Origin: Candidatus Methanoperedens sp.
GTDB lineage: Archaea > Halobacteriota > Methanosarcinia > Methanosarcinales > Methanoperedenaceae
Assembly (NCBI GenBank): GCA_027460525.1
Contig: JAPZAS010000020.1
Span: 38,598-70,597 of the forward strand
Direction of reading: 5' to 3'
Length of the DNA stretch: 32,000 nucleotides
Shown: piece after piece, positions 1 through 9,393 of the stretch
Numbering within the stretch: the stretch's first letter is position 1
How the letters are laid out: each line of letters opens with the position of its first letter
Notes under the pieces: model-generated
Told to the model about the DNA's origin: nothing
The model's database searches: none
What the model saw: the letters and a program-made list of their open reading frames with translations, nothing else
Translations under genes and position numbers: made by a program

Positions 1-699
1 TATTCTTACAGTTGAGCTTCCTGCAAAATTGACATAAAACCTGTCCGCATTCTGTGCTTCATCTGTATAATTGATTTCATGCTTGATTACTCGGGAAAAC
101 TCGTCCACAAAACCAACAGGATTAAAAAATTTACTTTCCTTTATGTGTTTTTCAGCAAATCTTGCCAGGCTCATCATGATTGCAAGGTCGGTTTCGATTA
201 TTTCTTCCACGCCGGGTCGCATCACCTTGACAGCCACCTCTTCGCCTTCCAGGAGCTTTGCACGATAGACCTGGCCGATTGAGGCTGTTGCAATCTGTTT
301 AGGATTGAAGGACAGGAATATCTCTTCTATGCTTTTCCCGAATTCCCTTTCAATCACTTTTTTTGCTTCAGCATATTCAAAAGGTGGAGCACGGTCCTGA
401 AGCTTGGAGAGCTCCTGTATGTATTCCTCAGGAATCAGGTCATGGCGGGTGCTGAGTATCTGTCCGAACTTGATGAACGTGGGTCCGAGTTCTTCCAGAG
501 CAATGCGCAGCCTTTCAGCCTCGGATAGTATGAGCAATCGTTCCTTGAGGGGTCTTGGCCCGAACAGTTTCTCACGGAATGATTTGACAGGACGAAGACC
601 GAACCTATCCACAAGGTATCCGAAGCCATGCTTTAACATTACGTCAACGATTTCCCGGTATCGTTTGACGTAAGCATATTCTTTATCAAACAGCCGCAT
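1..699 (-). CDS. ABC1/UbiB-family atypical kinase, N-terminal part (the gene runs off the window start)
   Basis: This ORF is not in the supplied track because it reaches the window edge. My translation of the minus strand from the ATG at 699 gives MRLFDKEYAYVKRYREIVDVMLKHGFGYLVDRFGL...LEELGPTFIKFGQILSTRHDLIPEEYIQELSKLQDRAPPF...IATASIGQVYRAKLLEGEEVAVKVMRPG. The GPTFIKFGQ, ASIGQV and VAVKV motifs are typical of the ABC1/AarF family. The start abuts the stop of the upstream phasin-like gene. Confidence 0.8.
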   Translation of the reverse strand, partial: MRLFDKEYAYVKRYREIVDVMLKHGFGYLVDRFGLRPVKSFREKLFGPRPLKERLLILSEAERLRIALEELGPTFIKFGQILSTRHDLIPEEYIQELSKLQDRAPPFEYAEAKKVIEREFGKSIEEIFLSFNPKQIATASIGQVYRAKLLEGEEVAVKVMRPGVEEIIETDLAIMMSLARFAEKHIKESKFFNPVGFVDEFSRVIKHEINYTDEAQNADRFYVNFAGSSTVRI

Positions 700-1017
700 T
701 TATTTTTTTGCCATGGATTGGATTGTTTTTTCAAGCTTTTCGATTTTCCGCTCAAGAGTCTCGATATCGCCTTTCATTACAACTCCGCTCTTTTTGATAT
801 TCTCTCTTACCCTCTCATTTATTTTCTCTTCAATATCCTTGAGCTGTTTTTCTTTCTGGGACAAAACTTCCTTTACGAATTTTCTTCCTTCATCCTTACT
901 TATCTCCCCTTTTTTTTCCATTTCCTGGCTGAATTCCTCGATTTTTTCCTGCGTCAGGGAAATTACCCCGATACTGAATAAACTCATTTTTTTAAACATA
1001 TCTAACATATCTGACAT
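700..1017 (-). CDS. Phasin-like coiled-coil protein (small, Lys/Glu-rich)
   Basis: This is the track ORF 700..1071. I prefer the ATG at 1017 (MSDMLDMFKK...) because AGGAGGA lies 7 nt upstream of it. The sequence is heptad-like and charged (EKIEEFSQEMEKKGEISKDEGRKFVKEVL), resembling the phasin / PHA-granule regulator family. Confidence 0.55.
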   Translation of the reverse strand: MSDMLDMFKKMSLFSIGVISLTQEKIEEFSQEMEKKGEISKDEGRKFVKEVLSQKEKQLKDIEEKINERVRENIKKSGVVMKGDIETLERKIEKLEKTIQSMAKK

Positions 1018-1135
1018 TCGTATTCCTCCTTTAATCGACCACGCTGATTGACGTGATGCAAACAGGCGCAAGATTTAATATATCGCCCAGTATGAAATTA
1101 GTTTATTGACTCATAATCTTTTTGATAAGGAGAAA

Positions 1136-1957
1136 ATGAAATTGATTTTTAGCGGTTTAATTATCCCTATATCGACAATAGACTGGTATGGCAGGTCAGT
1201 GTCGGTTGTTTTCTTCAACGGCTGTAATTTCAAATGCCTTTATTGCTCAAATAACGAATTCATCCGTATGTCGAACCCGCTTGTGCCTTTCTTCAGGGAA
1301 AAAAAAGGAAGGATGAAAAAAGGAAAAAATAAGATAGTCTCGAGCCCGTTAGAGCCTCTCTTCAAGAAAGGGAATGTTGTCGATATGGAAGATATCGAAA
1401 AACAGATACTTGACGCAAAGAGCTTCATAAGCGCGGTAGTTTTCTCAGGCGGTGAACCTACAACGCCTTCGCATTTCGAAGGATTGGAACGCCTCGCTAG
1501 ATTCGCAAAAGATCATGGGCTGCTTGTAGGAATTGAGACCAATGGATATTATCCTGAACGACTTTCCAGTTTGATTGAGAAAAAACTTCTGGATAAAATT
1601 TTCCTTGATATCAAAGCTCCGCTCGATGATGCACAAAGTTACAGCACGATAACTGGTGGGATTGAAGATGCAGCCGAACGCGCTCATCAGTCATTTAATC
1701 TTAAGAATGTTTCTATCGAAGTCAGGACTACAGTTTTCCGGTCTTTTGCTGATGTTTCAGGAGTGGCTAAATTTCTTAAAGGACACGATTGTACTTACGT
1801 CATCCAGCAGGGCATTCCTGAATATGCTCTGGATAAAAAAATAAGACAAGAGAAGCCTTTTACAAGAGAAGAGCTGGTAGCTCTGGCTAAAAGTGTGTCA
1901 TTTTTGAAGGATGTCAGGGTAAGGACAAGGGAAAAAGGAGAGGAAAAAATTATATAG
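1136..1957 (+). CDS. Radical SAM activating enzyme (NrdG / PflA-like activase family)
   Basis: It has the CNFKCLYC (CxxxCxxC) cluster motif directly after GRSVSVVFFNGC. FSGGEPT and GIETNG motifs are also present. The ATG at 1136 is preceded by GGAG. There is an unusual Lys-rich insertion (REKKGRMKKGKNKIV) shortly after the cluster motif. Confidence 0.7.
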   Translation: MKLIFSGLIIPISTIDWYGRSVSVVFFNGCNFKCLYCSNNEFIRMSNPLVPFFREKKGRMKKGKNKIVSSPLEPLFKKGNVVDMEDIEKQILDAKSFISAVVFSGGEPTTPSHFEGLERLARFAKDHGLLVGIETNGYYPERLSSLIEKKLLDKIFLDIKAPLDDAQSYSTITGGIEDAAERAHQSFNLKNVSIEVRTTVFRSFADVSGVAKFLKGHDCTYVIQQGIPEYALDKKIRQEKPFTREELVALAKSVSFLKDVRVRTREKGEEKII

Positions 1958-2036
1958 AAATTCGCTTCCTGTGGCCCTGGCAACGCCGCCAATCTTTTCA
2001 GCAAGGTATTTTGCGTCACAGACTATTCAGAAACTG

Positions 2037-2900
2037 ATGAATTTCCCAAAGCGCGCCGCCTTTTCCGGATACGGAGAAATAATCACTGCCTCAGTACTGT
2101 GGGGCTTTGCCGGAATACTTGCAAAGATGATACATGGAATGCCAGCGCAGAGCATTATTTTTTACAGGGTCACCTTTGCATCCATTATATTCTTTGTTAC
2201 TTTGTTGATTTCCGGAAACCTTGGTATGATAAAGCTCAAAGACAGGAAATTTTACCTGGTGCTCTTCGCAATTCTGCAGGCAGGTACAATGCTGGCATAT
2301 TTTATATCATTATTGAACGCCTCCATTGCTGTTGCGGTTTTATTGCTTTACACAGCGCCCGTATATATTACTCTATTTTCTCCCTGGCTTTTGAAAGAAA
2401 GACCGACTAAAAAAGGGATAATAGCTCTTTTTTTAGCACTTGCAGGCATTTATCTCATCGTAGACCCGGGAAAACTTGAATTTTCAAGTTATTCAATCGG
2501 GATAATAGCAGGGATAGTGTCGGGTATCGCATACGCTTTCCAGATAATGACCTCAAAATACCTGAGCTTGCAATATTCAGGATACGCACAGGCATTCTGG
2601 GGTTTCATAATAGCAGCGCTGATTCTTTTGCCCATAAGCCCGGTACCTCTGAATGTGGTTATCAGCAATATGAATTATCTCATACTTCTTGCGATATTCC
2701 CGACCATACTTGCTGTGTCCCTTTATTTTAACGGCTTGAAAAAAGTAAGGGCATCGAGCGCCAGCATTCTGGGATTAATAGAACCTGTAAGCGCAGTTAT
2801 TTTAGCATCTCTTATTCTGAACGAAAAAATCCAGGGTCTTGAAATAATAGGCGGTGCACTTATATTGGCAGGAGCTGCATTAGTTACCAGGGATAAATGA
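2037..2900 (+). CDS. EamA/DMT-family membrane transporter
   Basis: The protein has about ten hydrophobic segments and a duplicated EamA-like architecture. The track ORF starts at the GTG at 1971. The ATG at 2037 gives a typical length of about 287 aa. The stop overlaps the map start (ATGA). Confidence 0.7.
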   Translation: MNFPKRAAFSGYGEIITASVLWGFAGILAKMIHGMPAQSIIFYRVTFASIIFFVTLLISGNLGMIKLKDRKFYLVLFAILQAGTMLAYFISLLNASIAVAVLLLYTAPVYITLFSPWLLKERPTKKGIIALFLALAGIYLIVDPGKLEFSSYSIGIIAGIVSGIAYAFQIMTSKYLSLQYSGYAQAFWGFIIAALILLPISPVPLNVVISNMNYLILLAIFPTILAVSLYFNGLKKVRASSASILGLIEPVSAVILASLILNEKIQGLEIIGGALILAGAALVTRDK

Positions 2901-3736
2901 ACGATATAATTCATGGATGCTACCTTGAAGCAGGGAAAATTGCCTCAAAAGTCCGAAAAGAAGCGCAATTCAGGGTAAAAGAAGATATCCCTTTACTTGA
3001 AGTAGCAGAATATGTTGAGAACAGGATAGAAGCCCTGGGCGCAAAGCCCGCATTTCCCTGCAACATTTCCATCAATGAGATCGCCTCCCATTACACGCCT
3101 GAGGACTATGTGCCTCGTTTTAAGAAAGGAGACGTTGTCAAAATTGACATCGGGGCCCACATAGACGGCTATATTGCAGATACTGCCGTAACTCTCGAGA
3201 TAGGGACGAAGAACCATGCCAGGCTGATTCTGGCTTGCGATGAAGCACTTGAAAAAGCAATTGCATCCATCAAAGACAGGGCACAGACAGGTGCCGTAGG
3301 GAAGATTATCGAAGAAACTATTAAGAAACACGGTTTCAATCCTGTGAAGGATCTCACAGGACACAGCCTTGAGAGGTATAAACTGCATGCAGGCGTAACT
3401 ATTCCAAATTATAAGAGCTTTTTCAGCAATAAGATAAAGAAGGATATGGTTTTTGCAATCGAACCTTTTGCAACCTATGGTAAAGGTAATATCAAACATG
3501 GAAAACCGCATATTTTTGCCCTGAGCGGCAGGGTTGAGGGGAAAGAAAGAGGGGAAATCAGGAAGAGATTTGGAACGCTACCTTTCACCTTGCGGTGGAT
3601 TCCTGAAATAAACGGCAAGGATCGCAGAGGGCTGAGGGAATACTTCGAATTGATCGAGGCAGGCGGTGAGATTGTCGCACAGTCTGAACATACCGTGATA
3701 GCCAACGAAGAGGGTTGCGAGGTAATAACAAGGTGA
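2897..3736 (+). CDS. map: Methionine aminopeptidase, type II (archaeal)
   Basis: The 279-aa product reads ...EAGKIASKVRKEA...ASHYTP...KIDIGAHIDGYIADTA...GHSL..Y.LHAG..IPN...FAIEPFAT...EHTV. These are the pita-bread fold metal ligand motifs. Confidence 0.85.
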   Translation: MNDIIHGCYLEAGKIASKVRKEAQFRVKEDIPLLEVAEYVENRIEALGAKPAFPCNISINEIASHYTPEDYVPRFKKGDVVKIDIGAHIDGYIADTAVTLEIGTKNHARLILACDEALEKAIASIKDRAQTGAVGKIIEETIKKHGFNPVKDLTGHSLERYKLHAGVTIPNYKSFFSNKIKKDMVFAIEPFATYGKGNIKHGKPHIFALSGRVEGKERGEIRKRFGTLPFTLRWIPEINGKDRRGLREYFELIEAGGEIVAQSEHTVIANEEGCEVITR

Positions 3737-3772
3737 GGAAAAGTAATATGCTATAAGACATATTATTGATAT

Positions 3773-4390
3773 GTGAAAATGAAAGAAAAAGACACTATCG
3801 TTTACGAGGCTCACGGCAACCTGTATCTCAACATTACAAACAGGTGCACTGCCGAATGCGTTTTTTGCCTCAAGCGGTATTCTGATGGGGTTTATGGCTA
3901 TAATCTGCGGCTTTCAAAGGAACCCAAACTATCAGAAATTTTAAAAAAACTTTCAGAGTACGATCTCTCAAACTACAGGGAAGTTGTCTTTACGGGCTTT
4001 GGGGAACCACTAATACGCCTGGATGATGTCCTTGAAATCACAAAATGGCTTGCAACCCGTGGAATTCCTGTGAGGCTGGATACCATAGGGCATGCCAAAC
4101 TCCTGTATCCTGATAGGAATGTAGCCCGGGAGCTTGCAGAATCGGGCATGAAGGTCGTATCCATTAGCCTGAATGCCCAGGATGCAGAAACATATAATCA
4201 ATTGTGCGACCCGAAATACATAAAGGCATATGAAAAAATGCTTGAGTTTGCTCGTGATGTTTCAAAATCCGCAATGGAACTTCGATTCACGGTGGTAAAC
4301 CTGCCAGTGGTGGATATTAAAAAATGTGAGATGATTGCGAAAGAATATTGTGCTGATCTTAAGGTCAGAGGATACGGTGGTCCAGTATAA
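3773..4390 (+). CDS. Radical SAM protein (small TatD-associated type)
   Basis: It carries the CTAECVFC CxxxCxxC motif after NITNR, plus FTGFGEPL. The length is about 200 aa. The start could instead be the ATG at 3779. Confidence 0.65.
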   Translation: MKMKEKDTIVYEAHGNLYLNITNRCTAECVFCLKRYSDGVYGYNLRLSKEPKLSEILKKLSEYDLSNYREVVFTGFGEPLIRLDDVLEITKWLATRGIPVRLDTIGHAKLLYPDRNVARELAESGMKVVSISLNAQDAETYNQLCDPKYIKAYEKMLEFARDVSKSAMELRFTVVNLPVVDIKKCEMIAKEYCADLKVRGYGGPV

Positions 4391-4459
4391 ACTTTTTTAC
4401 CATAAGCTATAATTATAAGATATTCATTTATCCAGATTAATCGGGTAGGAGGAGAATCC

Positions 4460-4747
4460 CTGAAGAAACTACTATGGTATCTGATTGCAGGAACACGCGG
4501 AGGGCATACCCGTGCATTAATCCTGAAGCTGCTTATTGATAGACCTTACAATGCAAATCAATTAACTGAGGCTATGAATATGGATTACAAAACAATCAGG
4601 CACCATCTTGATATTCTTGTCAAAAACGGAGTAATCACAATGGAAGGTGACAAATACGGAGCTATGTATTTCCTTTCCAAGGCTATGGAGGCGAATTTAA
4701 ATGAGTTTAACCAGATTTGGGAAAAAATTGATAAGCAAAGTAAATGA
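4460..4747 (+). CDS. Winged-helix (ArsR-like) transcriptional regulator with a non-canonical start
   Basis: This ORF is not in the track. The frame is open from 4406 to the TGA at 4745-4747. The translation is LKKLLWYLIAGTRGGHTRALILKLLIDRPYNANQLTEAMNMDYKTIRHHLDILVKNGVITMEGDKYGAMYFLS..., a classic wHTH. A GGAGGAG sequence at 4447-4453 is followed by CTG at 4460. There is no in-frame ATG, GTG or TTG before the HTH. Confidence 0.6.
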   Translation: MKKLLWYLIAGTRGGHTRALILKLLIDRPYNANQLTEAMNMDYKTIRHHLDILVKNGVITMEGDKYGAMYFLSKAMEANLNEFNQIWEKIDKQSK

Positions 4748-4765
4748 ACATACGAAGGAGGAAGC

Positions 4766-5086
4766 ATTATTCAGATAACAGAGATTGCATATTACATCAC
4801 AGCAGGTAACATCGTATTACTGCTTGTGCTTTTAGTTTCATATTTTGAGATTTACAGTAAAATCAAGTCTAATTTTACTCTCGGTCTGATAATCTTCACA
4901 ATCGCGCTCCTGTTGCAGAGCGTTTCACGGGCTATCATGCTGCTGCTTATAATCGCAAGCCCGCCTCCCCAACAGGTGTACCCGATTATAATTAATCTGT
5001 TGGGCTATAATCCAATATATGTAGTAATCCCTGACGCGCTTGAGTTTGTAGCATTGAGCATACTATTATATTTCACAAGAGAATAG
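4766..5086 (+). CDS. Small integral membrane protein (2-3 TM segments)
   Basis: The track ORF starts at the GTG at 4826. The frame is open from 4748, and AAGGAGGAAG at 4755-4763 precedes ATT ATT at 4766, so the start is uncertain. The product is hydrophobic and the gene is probably co-transcribed with the wHTH gene. Confidence 0.45.
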   Translation: MIQITEIAYYITAGNIVLLLVLLVSYFEIYSKIKSNFTLGLIIFTIALLLQSVSRAIMLLLIIASPPPQQVYPIIINLLGYNPIYVVIPDALEFVALSILLYFTRE

Positions 5087-5234
5087 GGCAGATCAGTTAC
5101 TCCCTCTTTTTCCGAATTTTCTATTAAATTCTGTATCAAAAATACTTTTAAATGCCTGGATTATGAGTTTTGATTTATGGCTGTGATTGAAAACAATAAT
5201 AATGCATCAATCCAATATATCCATTGGTGTCAGA

Positions 5235-6056
5235 ATGAGGTTATCGTGTGCATCTCTGTTTCTGTGGGAATACAGCATCTGTGATATAATGGAAATACTG
5301 TTAGAGGCAGGCATCGAAAGCATTGAATTCTGGGCAGAGACCCCTTTTTTCTGGATGAACAGAAATGACGAGACAGCTGTCGCTTCCCTGGTAGAAGCAA
5401 TATCCATGATGCCGCATGGGTGCACATTGCATGCCCCGATTCTGGATTTAAACCCCTCATCGTATAACGAGCTCGTACATGAAGCCACTATCAAGGAAAC
5501 ATTATGGTCTCTTGAGCTTGCAGATACTCTCGGGGCAAGGCTGGTTACGATTCATCCCGGTAAAAGGACTGTTCACCGCGTTCCTACCAATGAGGACAGG
5601 GAGAAATTCATGAAATATTTGAAGGTGTGTAAGAAGAGAGCAGATGCTCTTGGTGTTGCTCTTGCACTTGAAAACAGCACGCCTGGTGTTTCTTCCATGT
5701 GCTCATTGCCGAATGAAATGAAAGAAGTTTTAAATGGATTCCCAGGGCTTTTTTTCACCTTCGATCTGGTGCATGCTTTCCTGGATTCTCCCAAAACCCC
5801 CCTCTCGTTTATAGATGAACTCGGTGATAGGATTATCAATGTGCATATCGGAGCCGCACACGATGGAAAGCCGCATTATCCTTCGAACCGCGAGAAGAAA
5901 ATGGACAGGGTATTGCGAAGGCTTCGGGATTCGGGCTATAAAAATGACCTTACCATCGAGATTGATGACAAGGTATACTCCAAGCCTCTGTCGAGAAAGG
6001 ATAAAATCAGGGAATTAATCGGGGAAAGAAAGTATCTGGAATCGATATTCAGGTGA
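5235..6056 (+). CDS. Sugar phosphate isomerase/epimerase (xylose-isomerase-like TIM barrel)
   Basis: Supporting motifs are GIESIEFW, HAP..DLN, LVTIHPG, LALEN and FDLVHA, matching the AP-endonuclease-2 / TIM-barrel family pattern. The ATG at 5235 is preferred over the start at 5187. Confidence 0.65.
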   Translation: MRLSCASLFLWEYSICDIMEILLEAGIESIEFWAETPFFWMNRNDETAVASLVEAISMMPHGCTLHAPILDLNPSSYNELVHEATIKETLWSLELADTLGARLVTIHPGKRTVHRVPTNEDREKFMKYLKVCKKRADALGVALALENSTPGVSSMCSLPNEMKEVLNGFPGLFFTFDLVHAFLDSPKTPLSFIDELGDRIINVHIGAAHDGKPHYPSNREKKMDRVLRRLRDSGYKNDLTIEIDDKVYSKPLSRKDKIRELIGERKYLESIFR

Positions 6057-6063
6057 AATAAAT

Positions 6064-6954
6064 CTACCCTCTTTTCCTTCTTAATATCCCTATCGCGATC
6101 AATGAAACTATGACCACGATACCTGTGAAGCCAGGTGAGGATTTTCCGGTTGCTGCCGATGTAGCTCCTGCTGGTGTATTTTGTTGGGCTGGCGTGCTAA
6201 TTGCCTCTTCTTTAATTGTAACGGGTTTTGGAAGCGGGAAATTATCCTTTGCATTAGCCCCGCCCAAAATTACATATTTACTCCAGTAATTGCCGGATTT
6301 ACCGTCATCCCATGAGTTCATGCCGCTGTTGTCATAAGCCTGGTTGGTATTGTCAATGAAATTATTCGAGTAAATTTGGTTTGTACGGGCTGTATCACCA
6401 TAAAACCCGAATCCATTGCCCTGAATATTATTATTGTATATCTTATTATCATTGGATGCGAAAACAAAAACGCCGTATTTTCCATTCGATTTTATGTCAT
6501 TCCCTGAAACAATGTTGCTGTTGCTTCCCTGGTATATCGAAATACCTACGGCATTGTTCACAAGAATCATATTTGCAATCTCATTGTTATTTGCCCGATA
6601 GAGGCTCATCCCGCCGTCAGACTGACCGCTCCCGCCGCTATTCTGGACTGTGAATCCGCTGACTTTGACATCGTTTGCCTGGTCTATCCTGATCACACTG
6701 CCGGTTTTTTTGCCGTCAATGATGGTCTTTTCTTTGTTCTGTCCCGTAATTGTAATCCCGTTCATTTTTACAACGATGTTCTCAGAGTATGTGCCTTCAC
6801 TGACAGAAATAACATCGCCCGTCTTTGCTGCATCTATTGCAGACTGGATGGTGGTGTATGTCTGCCCCTGCCCCACGTTAAGAGTGGCTGCGTTTGCGAA
6901 TCCGATGCTCAGCCATATAACGCATATACTGATAAGGATTTTATTGGATACCAT
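6064..6954 (-). CDS. Secreted right-handed beta-helix (NosD/PBH1-like) surface protein with a PGF-CTERM anchor
   Basis: The signal peptide is MVSNKILISICVIWLSIGFANA, starting at the ATG at 6954 with GGTGAG upstream. The body has repeated N/G-rich beta-helix turns (NNNIQGN, GNDIKSN, NNAVGISI). The C-terminus SSPGFTGIVVIVSLIAIGILRRKRG is a PGF motif followed by a TM segment and a basic tail, which is the archaeosortase A target signature. Confidence 0.75.
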   Translation of the reverse strand: MVSNKILISICVIWLSIGFANAATLNVGQGQTYTTIQSAIDAAKTGDVISVSEGTYSENIVVKMNGITITGQNKEKTIIDGKKTGSVIRIDQANDVKVSGFTVQNSGGSGQSDGGMSLYRANNNEIANMILVNNAVGISIYQGSNSNIVSGNDIKSNGKYGVFVFASNDNKIYNNNIQGNGFGFYGDTARTNQIYSNNFIDNTNQAYDNSGMNSWDDGKSGNYWSKYVILGGANAKDNFPLPKPVTIKEEAISTPAQQNTPAGATSAATGKSSPGFTGIVVIVSLIAIGILRRKRG

Positions 6955-7012
6955 AATCTCACCGATCTTAATTCGTTCTTCGACATTAAAAAGATTGTGA
7001 ATTAATGCAAGC

Positions 7013-7972
7013 TCACTTACTTGCATTAACTCTAACACTTATATTCTGGATACTCGGGGCTCCCTTCATCAGGTTGTAATACAGACCGAAGCTGTAATCA
7101 CCTGTCGTATTGAATATATATTTTGCTTTTCCGTCCTCAGGCAGGGTTATATTGCCCATTTTTTTATCCATCTCAGTTATCGTGTAGGAGATATCCTCGT
7201 CCCTGTTGTCCCATATCACTTCGTCACCGGCATTTATCTGGAGACTGGTGGGATAGACTATGGAACTCATAACCCTTGCAGGAACAAGCACACCTGTCGG
7301 TGTAGCAACGACCACGGGTGTAGGCGTGGGCGTTGGGGTAGGTGTGGGTGTAGGCTTTGGGGTTTCTGTGATTGTGGGAATCGGGGTAGGCGCAGGACTG
7401 GGTGTCGGGGTAGGAGAAGGCGTCGGTGTGGGCGTGAATACCCTGGGCGTACCCGAATGGAGTGTTATCGGGAGCACGAGTGACTCTACCTGTTCTCCGT
7501 TTACGGATAAGGTGAGTGTGATGTCATACGTGCCCGCAAGGCTGCGTCCTTCCATCTCCTTAATTGAATGGAAAACCGCACTGATTGGTTTATTTGTCCC
7601 TGGCATGATTTCCATATCAAAATCGATGGGATCCAAAGTTCTCGTTTTCTTCTCATCGCTCATCGTTTTTAAGTACAGGTTTGCCAGGGAATCTTCCAGC
7701 GTCTTTACTTTAACTTTAATTTCAACAGACTCGCTTTTAATTGTTTCAGTTCCAGTATTAGCTACAATGAGTTCAGCGCTCACATTTTCTCCAGCTCTGA
7801 CATCAGGAGGATAAAATTTCACGTCCACGATCTTTCCGTCAAGGTTGGTATTTGCATGTTCTATCTTTTGCACCTGCGCCGGAGCATTTTCACTCGGAGG
7901 AGTCGAACCAGCGCAACCTGACAACACTACTGCAATAAGGATTAGTAATATGACCGGAACTATTTTATTCAT
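7013..7972 (-). CDS. Secreted lipoprotein-like surface protein with a Thr/Pro-rich linker
   Basis: The ATG at 7972 has GGTGAT upstream. The signal and lipobox-like sequence is MNKIVPVILLILIAVVLSGCAGS. The central linker is TPTPTPSPTPTPSPAPTPIPTITETPKPTPTPTPTPTPTP. The flanking domains are beta-rich. Confidence 0.65.
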   Translation of the reverse strand: MNKIVPVILLILIAVVLSGCAGSTPPSENAPAQVQKIEHANTNLDGKIVDVKFYPPDVRAGENVSAELIVANTGTETIKSESVEIKVKVKTLEDSLANLYLKTMSDEKKTRTLDPIDFDMEIMPGTNKPISAVFHSIKEMEGRSLAGTYDITLTLSVNGEQVESLVLPITLHSGTPRVFTPTPTPSPTPTPSPAPTPIPTITETPKPTPTPTPTPTPTPVVVATPTGVLVPARVMSSIVYPTSLQINAGDEVIWDNRDEDISYTITEMDKKMGNITLPEDGKAKYIFNTTGDYSFGLYYNLMKGAPSIQNISVRVNASK

Positions 7973-8062
7973 CAAATCACCGATACTGTGTATCGGTATC
8001 ATTGTTTAAAAACGTTTCCCATGTATATTATAATTATTATGATGTAATAATTGTAAGACAGC

Positions 8063-9229
8063 TTAACGGGAGAATTTCTTAATAGTCTTCATCGCTGAAT
8101 CAACAAGAGAAGGCACATCTATCAGCTTCTCTGCTTGCAGCACCTCCTCTGGTTTAGCCGCTGTGGAGGGATATTCCGGCACAGCCATGCAGCAGGTTGC
8201 CGGCTTGGTTGAGGGTTCAAACGTGCCTATTTTCCTTGCAAGCTCTGTAATCTCAAGCTTATCAAGCCCTATGAGGGGATGATAAATCGGGTATTCCATG
8301 CCGTACATCTCAGCCAGCATGTTCTGTGAGGTCTGGGATGCCACCTGACCGAGCGAGGAACCTGTGATTATTCCGTGAGCATTCTGCAGTTTTAAAACCT
8401 CTCCCGCTATCCTGTACATCATCCGCCTGCACAATACGCAATTCAGCCTGTTGTCGCAATTGGTAAGGAAAGCAAGCAGGTTATCGCCATGCTTTGCTTC
8501 ATAAATGGTGAACTTTTTCTGCGGCGCCCATCTCTGGAGAACATCGATGCACTGCATTGCCCTCTCACGCGTGGTCTCATCTGAAAAAGGCTCGTTATTG
8601 AGATACAGGGGTACTATCTCGCACCCTCTTTTCATCATTAACCAGGCAGCCACAGGTGAGTCTATGCCTCCTGAGATGAGTGCAACCATCCTGCCCTGGG
8701 TTCCCATAGGCAAGCCTCCAACGCCTTTTATCGATTCGGTGAAAACATACGCTTTATCCTGCCGCATCTCTACGAAGATCTCAACATCAGGGCAGTCAAG
8801 GTCTACCTTGATAGTTTTATTTACCTTTTGAAATACCGCATTCCCGCAGGCTATGGCTACATCGCGGGATGTAAAATCATGAGTTCCCGCCCGCCGAGCC
8901 CTTATCGCGAAGGACTGCCCTTCCTGTATGATGTTTGCTGCCACAACAGCACATAATTCTGCTGATGATTCAAGTGTTGGCTCGCAGGTAAAAGCAGGGC
9001 TTGCCGAGACCACGCCGAATACTTTTGCTGCACTTTTTGCTGCGCCGGCATCGCCGGAATGTATGAAAACCCTGCCCATCTCCTTAGTGACATCGGAATA
9101 TGAACTGCCATCTGCATTGAGCATTGCTTTTATGTTCTTTACAAGTATCTGCTCATACCGCGCCCTGACTCTTTTGCTTTTCAGGGCAAGTTCGTCGTAC
9201 CTGACTAAAATCACGTCAGTATTTTTCAA
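8063..9229 (-). CDS. thiI: tRNA 4-thiouridine sulfurtransferase ThiI
   Basis: The N-terminus (VRYDELALKSKRVR) has the ferredoxin-like and THUMP pattern. The PP-loop SGGIDSPVAAW is present. The protein is 388 aa. Confidence 0.85.
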   Translation of the reverse strand: MKNTDVILVRYDELALKSKRVRARYEQILVKNIKAMLNADGSSYSDVTKEMGRVFIHSGDAGAAKSAAKVFGVVSASPAFTCEPTLESSAELCAVVAANIIQEGQSFAIRARRAGTHDFTSRDVAIACGNAVFQKVNKTIKVDLDCPDVEIFVEMRQDKAYVFTESIKGVGGLPMGTQGRMVALISGGIDSPVAAWLMMKRGCEIVPLYLNNEPFSDETTRERAMQCIDVLQRWAPQKKFTIYEAKHGDNLLAFLTNCDNRLNCVLCRRMMYRIAGEVLKLQNAHGIITGSSLGQVASQTSQNMLAEMYGMEYPIYHPLIGLDKLEITELARKIGTFEPSTKPATCCMAVPEYPSTAAKPEEVLQAEKLIDVPSLVDSAMKTIKKFSR

Positions 9230-9393
9230 TATCTTTTCACCATTTTTTTATTGATTTGGAACTTGGAATCTAATTCAATTACTTACCTTAAATTCTTTCG
9301 AATAAGAGGAAACAAAGAATGGACTATTCTAGATTGTATTTACGTAAAAACTTTTCTTAAACAAAAATAGGCCCAAGGGTGACACCAGTTCAT

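Noticed and set aside
713-1051. Plus-strand ORFs (713..1051 and 718..981) antisense to the phasin-like gene.
   Set aside because: They are low-complexity Phe/Ser/Leu-rich peptides, produced by reading the Lys/Glu-rich gene backwards. The minus-strand gene has an SD and a coherent coiled-coil sequence.
2993-3511. A 172-aa minus-strand ORF inside map. Similar antisense ORFs occur inside thiI, gdhA, cas3 (16490..16849) and the beta-helix genes.
   Set aside because: All are nested antisense to genes with clear family motifs, and none shows a recognisable motif of its own.
7260-7814. A plus-strand 184-aa ORF rich in GVGVGV.
   Set aside because: It is the antisense reading of the Thr/Pro linker (ACN/CCN repeats) of the well-supported minus-strand surface protein.
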